Assembly: GCA_024679065.1 (NCBI GenBank) | Contig: JAGIQG010000012.1 | Span: forward strand, 50,034,001-50,098,000 | DNA: 64,000 nt | Direction: 5' to 3' | DNA from: Sphyrna mokarran | Taxonomy: Eukaryota | In this document: piece after piece, positions 23,420 through 32,800 of the stretch | How positions within the stretch are numbered: position 1 is the stretch's first letter | How the letters are laid out: each line of letters begins with the position of its first letter | Made by a program: the position numbers and the translations under genes | The notes under the pieces: model-generated | Database searches by the model: none | The model's input: the letters and a program-made list of their open reading frames with translations, nothing else | What the model was told of the DNA's origin: nothing

Positions 23420-23542
23420 AGTGCAGAGTGAGGTCATTCAGCCCTTTGAGCCTGAACCAACAGCAATGCCACCCAGGCCCTATTCCCTTAAGCCCACATA
23501 TTTATACTGCAAATCCCCCTGACACTAAGGGTCAATTTAACA
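23420..23542 (-). mobile_element. V-SINE 3' half (split by the CR1 insertion)
   Basis: SINE tail ending gacactaagggtcaatttaaca; SINE resumes at 26171. Confidence 0.8.
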
Positions 23543-24603
23543 TAGGACAACAATACAGCACAAAGAGGCCCTTCGGCCCATGAGTTGCGCCGATCACATC
23601 TACCAATCCACAGACCTATCTATAACCCCCTATCCTATTCTTTTCCATATACTCATCCAGAAGTCTTTTAAAAGATCCCAGTGAGTTTGTCTCAACAACC
23701 TCCGATGGCAGTTGGTTCCATTCACTCACCACCCTCTGAGTGAAAAACCTACCCCTGACATCTCCTTTGTATTTGCTTCCCTGCAAATACATCTGTTTGT
23801 GATGTAAATCTGTGTCCTCTCGTAGTGACCATTTCAGCTCGGGGAAATAGTCTCTGAGAGCCCACCCTATCTATTCCTCTCAACATTTTATAAACCTCTA
23901 TCAGGTCGCCTCTCAACCTATGTCTCTCCAGTGAGAAGAGTCCCAGCTCCCTCAACCTATCTTCATAAGGCCTGCCTCCCAATCCAGGCAGTATCCTTGT
24001 AAATCTCCTCTGAACGCTCTCAATAGCCTCGACATCCTTCCTATAGTGAGGCAACCAGAACTGTGCACAATACTCCAACTGGGGTCTGACAAGAGTCTTA
24101 TAGAGCTACATCATTACCTCCTGACTCCTAAACTCTATTCCTCGATTAATGAAGGCCAGTACACCGTACACCTTCTTGACCACTTCCTCCACCTGTGAGG
24201 CCGATTTAAGAGTCCTATGGACCCGGACCCCGAGATCCTTCTGCTCTACAAAACAGCTAAGACTCCTACCCCTTATATTGTACTCCTTCATCCCATTATT
24301 CCTACCAAAATGGACCACTACACATTTATCTGCATTGAAGTCCATCTGCCACTTCTCCGCCCAGTCTTGCATCCTGTCTATGTCCCACTGCAACTTTTGG
24401 CATCCCTCCAGACCATCCACAACACCACCGACCTTTGTATCGTCGACAAACTTACTAACCCATCCCTCCACTTCCTCATCCAGGTCATTTATGAAAATGA
24501 CAAACAGCAGGGGTCCCAGAACAGATCCCTGGGGCACTCTACTGGTTACCGACCTCCATGCAGAACAAGACCCATTCACAACCACTCTCTGCCTTCTACC
24601 GGC
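23543..24603 (-). mobile_element. CR1 LINE RT and 3' end (split by the Penelope insertion; continues 26076-26170)
   Basis: ORF 24106-24624 VPQGSVLGPLLFVIFINDLD...SKFVDDTKVGG; ORF 23749-24078 [26 protein letters not shown]. Confidence 0.92.
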
Positions 24604-25725
24604 TTCACCACACGAGATCTCCAACCAAGGTTATATACTAGATACATTGATGACATCTTTTTCCTTTGGACTCATGCTGAACAATCATTGAAACAGCTGT
24701 ATGATGATATCAACAAGTTCCATCCCACCATCAGACTCACCATGGACTATTCTCCAGAATCAGTTGCATTCTTGGACACACGCATCTCCATCAAGGACGG
24801 TCACCTCAGCACCTCACTGTACCGCAAACCGACAGACAACCTCACAATGCTCCACTTCTCCAGCTTCCACCCTAGACACGTTAAAGAAGCCATTCCCTAT
24901 GGACAAGCCCTCCGTATACACAGAATTTGCTCAGATGAGGAGGATCGTGACAGACACCTCCAGACACTGAAGGATGCCCTCGTGAGAACAGGATATGGCG
25001 CTCGACTCATCGATCGACAGTTCCGACGTGCCACAACGATAAACCGCACTGACCTCCTCAGAAGACGAACACGGGACACGGTGGACAGAGTACCCTTTGT
25101 TGTCCAGTACTTCCCCGGAGCGGAGAAGCTACGACATCTTCTCCGGAGTCTTCAACATATCATTGATGACGATGAACATCTCGCTAGGGCCATCCCCACC
25201 CCCCCACTTCTTGCTTTCAGACAACCGCACAACCTCAAACAGATCATTGTTCGCAGCAAACTACCCAACCTTCAGGAGAACAGTGACCACAATACCACAC
25301 AACCCTGCCACAGCAACCTCTGCAAGACATGCCGGATCATAGACATGGACGACATCATCAAACGTGAGGATACCATTCACCAGGTACACGGTACATACTC
25401 TTGCAACTCGGCCAACGTTGTCTACCTAATACGTTGCAAGAAAGGATGTCCCGAAGCATGGTACATTGGGGAGACCATGCAGACACTACGACAGCGGATG
25501 AATGAGCATCGCTCAACAATCACCAGGCAAAACAGTTCCCTTCCTGTGGGCGAACACTTCAGCAGTCATGGGCATTCGGCCTCCGACCTGCGGGTAAATG
25601 TTCTTCAAAGGGGCTTTCGTGATACACGACAGCACAGAGTCGCTGAGCAGAGACTGATAGCCAAGCTCCGCACACATGAGGGTGGTCTTAACAGGGATCT
25701 TGGCTTCATGACACACTATCTGTAA
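24217..25725 (+). CDS. Chimeric 502-aa ORF: 129 codons of antisense CR1 fused in frame to 373 aa of Penelope RT C-terminus and GIY-YIG endonuclease; expression unknown
   Basis: ORF track shows no stops; the junction coincides with the TSD at 24603/24604. Confidence 0.5.
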   Translation: MDPDPEILLLYKTAKTPTPYIVLLHPIIPTKMDHYTFICIEVHLPLLRPVLHPVYVPLQLLASLQTIHNTTDLCIVDKLTNPSLHFLIQVIYENDKQQGSQNRSLGHSTGYRPPCRTRPIHNHSLPSTGFTTRDLQPRLYTRYIDDIFFLWTHAEQSLKQLYDDINKFHPTIRLTMDYSPESVAFLDTRISIKDGHLSTSLYRKPTDNLTMLHFSSFHPRHVKEAIPYGQALRIHRICSDEEDRDRHLQTLKDALVRTGYGARLIDRQFRRATTINRTDLLRRRTRDTVDRVPFVVQYFPGAEKLRHLLRSLQHIIDDDEHLARAIPTPPLLAFRQPHNLKQIIVRSKLPNLQENSDHNTTQPCHSNLCKTCRIIDMDDIIKREDTIHQVHGTYSCNSANVVYLIRCKKGCPEAWYIGETMQTLRQRMNEHRSTITRQNSSLPVGEHFSSHGHSASDLRVNVLQRGFRDTRQHRVAEQRLIAKLRTHEGGLNRDLGFMTHYL

Positions 25726-26075
25726 CCCCCGTAACTTGCCTGGGTTTGCAAAAAACCTCACTTACTGTGCTGTCTGGAGGAAATACACAATTCTGTAACC
25801 AATGCTCAGGATTCCCTTCACACACATTGTTAGCCACTTTAACACTTGAATAGCAGGTTAGATGTAAGGATTCGCATTCTAATCAGCAATCTCTGACTGT
25901 CTGTGCTGATGTGTGCTATTGCAGACCAGAACACTGCATTTGCCTGAGGAAGACACAAGAGTGTTGAAAGCTCGCAATTTTACTATCAAATAAATCGGTT
26001 GGATTAAAAATTGGTGTTGCTAAATTCTTACTGAGTTCTTACCACCTCAATCCAATGCCGGCATCTCTACATCAT
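24604..26075 (+). mobile_element. 5'-truncated Penelope-like retroelement (Neptune-type Cys-rich linker), young insertion
   Basis: RYIDDIF catalytic motif, LYRKPT thumb, C-x4-C-x2-C linker, GIY-YIG NVVYLIRC...WYIGET..LRQRMNEH; AATAAA at 25989-25994; TSD ttctaccggc (24594-24603) / ttcttccggc (26076-26085). Confidence 0.92.
25940..25977 (+). ncRNA. Minimal type I hammerhead ribozyme motif in the Penelope tail
   Basis: UUGC-CUGAGGA-A-GACAC-AAGA-GUGUU-GAAA-GC-UC-GCAA: helix I UUGC/GCAA, helix II GACAC/GUGUU, both core boxes intact, palindromic AGCU in place of helix III. Confidence 0.75.
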
Positions 26076-26170
26076 TTCTTCCGGCAAGCCAGTTCTGGAT
26101 CCACAAGGCCAAAGTCCCTTGAATCCCATGCCCTCTCACCTTCTCCAGAAGCCTTACATGGGGGACCTTA
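26076..26170 (-). mobile_element. 5' remainder of the CR1 split by Penelope
   Basis: ccggcaagccagttctggatcca...gggaccttatcaa continues the CR1 RT sequence broken at 24603. Confidence 0.75.
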
Positions 26171-26352
26171 TCAATTTAGCAACCAATCAACCTAACCCAC
26201 ACATCTTTAGACTGGGAGAGCACCCAGGGGAAACGCATGCAGACACAGGGAGAATGTGCAAACTCCACAGTTACCTGAGGCCAGAATTGAACCTGAGTCC
26301 CTGGAGCTGTAAGGCAGCATTGCTAACCACTGTGCCACAGTGCCATCCAGCG
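26171..26352 (-). mobile_element. V-SINE 5' half (partner of 23420-23542)
   Basis: tcaatttagca duplicates 23532-23542 tcaatttaaca; SINE body and head follow (gctaaccactgtgccac). Confidence 0.8.
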
Positions 26353-29300
26353 TGCCACCATGCCACTCATAAGCCACATGCGCCCATGAGCCATATGAGC
26401 ATCTTATTGCATGGGGATGACATAGCAGACATGTCCGTGACAACCTCATAGCTGCAAGATTAAATTAAATTTTATCTACTTTAGTCAATCTTGGCCCATT
26501 AGACAATGTATGTGACCTTCACGCTGTCACGCTGTTTAGCTTCTGTAAGACACAAGCAACTGCTGCTGGCTCTATGGTTTTCGATCTCTCTCTCGTAATT
26601 GGAGTTAATAGGCCACCTTCAGTCTCTTGCTGCTGTTCCCTATGGTGTCCCAGTGCGGTCTGCCCAGTAACAGGCTGCACCTCTTGCTGCTCCTGCTGCC
26701 TCGATAAAGATGCACTCTTCCTCTGCTCATGGGTCCGCAAGGTTGAGTTCCATCGTTAGACATTACTTCCTGATGCAGTGTTCCTGCTTCTCAGCTTCTC
26801 GGAGCTGCCCCACATTGGCTGGCCTCCTATCTCATTTTGGTAAAAGATTTCATTTCACTGCAAGGCACTTACAGAATGACAGATCTTCAGAGTCACCTGG
26901 AAAACACCACTTTTTAATGCTCGGGGATATGATGACCTGTAAACCCCATTTAGAGAGCAGCATTTCAATTACATTCCAATCCAATGCCCTTGTTTAAGAT
27001 CTCCATTGCCTTCTCCCCACTTGCATGCGGTCTCCCCACCACCCGCGTGATTCTCAACATCGGGCTTCTGATACACAGCCTCCCTGCCAAAGCTCCCACT
27101 CCAGCGGTCAGCATTACATTTGCCTCTCACCTCTGATACTCTAACGAGTAGCTACTCATGCCCCTCATATATCCAGGACATGATAACGAGGCAAACAGTT
27201 CCTGCTAAAGATTTGTATCTCTAACCGGTGGAACACCATTCCATTGCGTCATGGAAGTTGATAATAGTACATTCATTTTTCATAGTTACTTATGCTTGCA
27301 ACCACACCACGTGTGAGGAGCACATGGTCGCTACTGTGCACTGTATGAAGCTCGAATCTGCATTTGTCAGTTGTCCAATATCGGTTCTCCATCTCTGTAT
27401 GGAACAGATAGTCTCAAAATGACGAGATATTTGGCAATACAAGTTAAAAGCAAATGAAGGCATTGTGAGAAGCTTATAAGCTCATGCCTGAATGGGCTAA
27501 GCGTTCCAGGACGACGTTGGTTTTGGTTAATTCCTTTCTCAGTTACAAAGCCAATGTGCAGAGTGGATAATACAAGCCCCTAATCCATCTTCTTCCTTGC
27601 TCCGAATACAAATTCAAATTCACATCGAATCGAATTCAAGGATCCACAAAGGAGACACACAAGACCCAAGACGACAAGAACAGACATTATACCTGACGTC
27701 ACGCTTGATTCTATGTTGATCTTAAACCAAGAGACCGGGCACGAAGCTATGTATCAAGCTGGACTCCTTAGTGACTGACTAATGGGACTTATAGTGACAG
27801 CTGGCCTGTCACTATCAACTAGAATTCTAACACGTCGAATTATTCGATTTAGACAAGCAAGTGAAATGCTGTCGGTGAGTTGTGTAGTTTGCGCAAATTC
27901 AATTAAACCTTGGGTAGCAATGACTTTGTCAACCTTCGCTTAAGCTCAGGGGAATTTGGGAAGTGGGTTGTGACATTAAATGGAAACAATATTGTCCCAT
28001 GTTGAGTGAACAGAAATTCTGCAGGTGTTGAATCCCATCTAGCTTGTCTTAGACTTGTTTAAAAGCTTTCAGCAGGAATTGTCACATTGGGGTTCGGTAA
28101 AGCACAATTATAAACGGGCAGGAAATCGTGGGCTGGCAAATGCAGAAATCTAGAAATGAATTTTCTTTTTTAATTACTATTGCAGTCTATAATTAGTATT
28201 TTAGAAAGCCATTCTTAATATTGAGTTCAGTTATTACTATAATCGATTCTGTTCCAATGTAACTGCATGAACAATATTTGAAATATTGCTGTTGTCTTCT
28301 GGGGCTGATAGCTGACAGACGATTGATAGCCATTAATTTTTGGAGCTATCAATAACCTAAGGAATAGCCATGTCTAAGCTTGATGGACAGAAATCGATAC
28401 GAAAAGTTCAAAAATGCTGCATTCAATTATATTGATTTTATAAAAGATTGAAATAAGAAAGCAACCAGTTTCAGTAAACAACATTAAGAAATTATTTAAC
28501 AAAAGTAGGAATCAAATTGCATTTAAAGCCGCAAAAGTATTTTTCTCTGCCTCCTTTTTAAGGCCTTTTTATAACCCACTTATATGACACTTTTTAATCA
28601 AGCTTCTTAAAACAAATTCCATTGGTATCTGATTAGCCTCTGTGAAGCACCTTGAGGCTTGTTTCTGCATTAACCGTAGTATATTAATAGAAGTATATTA
28701 ATAGAAGTCGTTTATAACCGTATCCATGGACCACAAAGTAATTGCGCCCAAAACTCCTTCATTCTAATGGAAAAAATCTGAAGTATTGTTTCAATAGAAT
28801 CCTACTTAGTCCTACATTATCCGCTTCACTGCTGGACAGTGTTTGCAGATGATGTCTGAGACTGCCATTGGCCTAGTACTTCCATTCCTGATGCTAAATG
28901 TATATCCGGGCATATTCTCATCCTGTTGCCACACAAATAATTGCAGAAAACTGAGGCTGAAGTTCAGTCTCAATTTCTGCCGCCGTATGTTATGATTTAA
29001 GAAATGTAATGGAACGGAATCAGCGGAATTGCATTTTAACTTCCAAGTCACAGCTATTGACAGTTGAATATTATGCTACTTGCGACCAATGCTGAAATTT
29101 AACACTTTCCTTCTACTCGGTGCACAAGCATTTTCAGTCTGTCATCAGATCATAAACGCCACGCAACGGCTCTAGTTATAACCATGCCGGGCCATAAGGT
29201 CGTATAGTGTTCAGGCTGTACAGTACCATTTGTTTTTCACTAGACTCCTCTGTTTATTGGATGAAGCGTCCAGGGCAGCATTCCCCAGCACCCAAAGATA

Positions 29301-29609
29301 TGATATGTGGCTCGCCTTAATAACCTTGACATTTGCTGCCATGGATCCTAATTTACAGATCGTTCTACAGCTCCATACTGCACACATAGCCGGCAGGACT
29401 GTTCTCTGTCTCTCTCAAGATGTAGATATAACAAGCGACTTAGACAAACACCTCCCGAATAATCTTACACGTGAAAGCATTTATTGATGACAAGAAGGTA
29501 TCTCTGCCCTGTTTCTTCTCCGGGAATATTAAACAAACTCAAGCATCTCCTCCACCGCCTCTCCAAATAAGGGTAAACCACATTAAATAATAAAACATTA
29601 ATCTGGGAA

Positions 29610-29745
29610 TGTGCGATTTTTCGAAGGCGATGTTAAATCGAGGTCCTGTCTGTTGCCTCAGTTGGTTGTGAAAAAAACCCTGGCGCTATTCTGAAGAAGG
29701 GCCCGGTGTCTCGGCCCGGTGTCTTAACCAATATTTATCATTTCA
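29610..29745 (+). mobile_element. DeuSINE-like fragment with an internal 13-bp duplication
   Basis: gatgttaaatcgaggtcctgtctg...ggcgctattctgaagaag; ggcccggtgtct occurs twice. Confidence 0.55.
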
Positions 29746-29749
29746 TCAG

Positions 29750-29845
29750 AAGAAAAATGCTAAAAAAAAATCTCAGCAGGTCTGACAGCATCTATAAAGA
29801 GAGAAAAAAGCTGACATTCCGAGTCCAGATGACCCTTCAAATCTT
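29750..29845 (-). mobile_element. Short repeat with hammerhead relic (probable Penelope-associated non-autonomous element); related fragment at 30220-30360
   Basis: Minus strand tgaa-gggtc-atctg-gactc-ggaa-tgtc keeps helix II but the core is damaged; the flank tctcagcaggtctgacagcatct recurs as ctccgcagatctggcagcatct at ~30247. Confidence 0.5.
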
Positions 29846-32800
29846 CCTTACCTTCTTTATTGTCTTTGCACGCGTTTAGTTCAAAGTTCAGTGGAGCCTT
29901 ACCAAAGGGAGCAAGTTATCGCTTCGGTAGCTTTACAGTTAATTTACCAACGATAGCAAAATACTTGGGCAACACGGTTTTGCCTGATAATGCGATAATC
30001 CGCATTAACGTCGCAGACTCGCTTTTCGTTCCAGAGTTTATTTTCAATTCCCATTTGCGTTGTCACTGGTTTGCTCCAAAGAGTGAGAGTCGCTAAATAG
30101 GTTATTGTCAGAAAATGTGCAGAACAGGATAGTCACAGATAAAGAACGAAATGCATTTTTGACATTTCATATAAATGTCAGTCGAATTCTAAAAATACTG
30201 AATAGTTAAACTTTGGAGGTAACAAAAACAGAATATGCTGGATAAGCTCCGCAGATCTGGCAGCATCTGTGAGGGGAGAAACAAGAGTTAACAGACTCTG
30301 CATTTTCTGTGTTTTTTTATTTCAGATTTCCAGCATCGGCAATATTTTGCTTTTATTTCAAAACTTCCGAAGTGTTGCGCCAAAGTAATTAGTGAAGTAA
30401 TTATCTCGCCAGGATAACTGATTGTTTTAATAGCCGTTTGCACTTGATCACACAACCGACAATTCACAAGTCAAGGCGCGCAGAATGGAGTGAGTTCTAT
30501 CCTGACAGGTTGTTACTTCGGAAAAAAACTGAGCTTTAACTGGTTTGGCAATTTTGGTGAAACATGGACAATCAGAACGAGTGAATGGACGGCCATACGA
30601 ATGTCAATGTTCCTTTAACATAATGAGAGGTTTGAAACACTTCAAATGATTTCAATTAAACCTTCAAGGAATCCGGAAACAATTTTGAACCACGAAAATG
30701 TCGTTAAAATTAAAGAATACCAGCTTGTAAAAACGGTTTTCCTAATTGGTTTAATATTACTGTTGAGGACATTTCATAAAGCAGAAAGCCATCTCTGATT
30801 GAAATCAGCATCAAAAATACTTACCTTCAATGAAATTCGCATCATATAGTGCACACGGAGCCACAATGCTGTGATTTCGATACAACAGTAAATGTCCACC
30901 ACCTCTACTTATGTTTAGCAACACACTGCTATTGTTGATGTATTACTGTTCTGTATTACAGACTTACGTTTATATTTAAGTGAAGGCAGATAATAACAAC
31001 ATAGTACTATCTAGGGCCACACTGTTGCCCATTTGTATCCGTCATTTTACCCTGTCAATAGGATAATATTTATTCCGAGCGGACTATCAAAACATCTGGC
31101 CATTTTGGGGTAGGTTGGGGGATCAGATTTGTTCAGTCGGACGAAATGATGGAAAAATAACACCTGCCTCAGTCAAGCCTTCAAAAACGAAACGAATACA
31201 GGGTCTACTAGCTAGCTCTCGTTTCCATTGCAAATGTAAAGTTAAGCATTCGGGATGATGATAGTTTTTTTTAGAAGTTTTCGGTTACAACCGTGAAACC
31301 CTGTCCATTGTTACATACTATTCAACATTTTGAAAAAAAAAATGAAATGGAAACTGGTAGGCAGAAAGTAGAGTCTTACAAAAAATTGTTTTATAACAAC
31401 AATTTAATGTTTAATATAAAATGAAACCAGGCCCTATTTCGGAATGACTGGAACGCATCACCTAGTCATGAATGTGCATTGTGCATGTGTATGAATGTGC
31501 ACGCAAACCCAGAACGATCAATCATCACAGCTACATTTTTCACCAACATCCTCTGTCCGAGGCTTCTGCCATCTCATACATTTATACGCCAGTGCATTTG
31601 AGAGAGGTTTTATTTTCTATATTGTTCTGCCAATGTAACAGTTATTAAAATGTGCGATTTGAGGGAGTAAAGTGACTTCAGTGAGTGAACAGCTAGTCCA
31701 GCTAAAGGAATCTGGGAAGCAGACCAGGGGCAATAATCGACTTCTTGCACGTAGACAGGAAAGTGAAATAAATATATACAATGTAGTTATTATTAAACAA
31801 GGGAAGTGGAATGATTCTTTGATCTAAAAGCGAATAAACGAAGAATGAATAACCTTCGCCCCATTGGTTCAAATGGAAATTATCGAGATATCAGTTCAAT
31901 CGTCACGCGCAAATGGGAAAAAAAACTTGGTGGGATAAAAAACCCTTTGTGTGAGTTTTCAAGTAAATAAACCAATAAAGATTATGGAAACTTAGCACCT
32001 ACGGCAGTGATTTTGTCAGTAAGCAGCATCGTTCTGGTATGCAGAGTTACAGAGTCTCTGTTAGACAGTGCACATAAAATTCCTGGCAAATATTAAGGGT
32101 ACTTGAGGTGTTGTGGGTGGGAGGCGGGGAGTGGGGGGGGTGAGGGGGTTATTTTGTCTCTGTTGCTTGGAAATCCCCGTGTTAGGGCCAATTTCAGTCA
32201 AAACAGGTGATTTTTTTTATTTTGAAAAGAGACTGACGCTGAAACGTAATCATTGTCTAGCGAGCCGTTCCTAAACGAATGGTTTAATGCATTATCAGTT
32301 TACAAACAAATTTCAGGATTATAGATATATACCAGGTCCTTCAATTTGTTGACGAGATTTCTTACAGTAATGGACGGGAGACCAGTAGATTCGAATCACT
32401 GATACTTAACATCTTTTAAGATATCAACTTTAGGCAACGCAGATCAAAAAAAATATTATTACACTTTTGTCTGTCTTTTTCCCCCTCTGGGAAAGCGAGT
32501 ACTGTCAACATTCTTGTACAAATGTTGAATGACCCCTAACATGGGGAGTTGTTTTTCGCTGGAGTGAGTGAGGAAATCGAACCAAAAGCGGGGCAAACGA
32601 TAACGACTTTCACTCGGCGTAATAAATAACTTCTCCCTAAACATTGAAAAGAAATCTCCAGCATCACAAATGAAGCTGATCTGTTTACTTAGTGCGCTGA
32701 ATGGTCGCGGATTTTAAAACCGGCGGTTATTAGGAGATTGTAAAGTGAAATCCAAGCTGCATTTGCAGAGCGGAAAGTTGCATTTCTCGAGAGGATCCCC

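Noticed and set aside
29690-29726. ctgaagaagggccc... resembling a hammerhead start
   Set aside because: No GAAA box follows; it is DeuSINE body sequence with a local duplication
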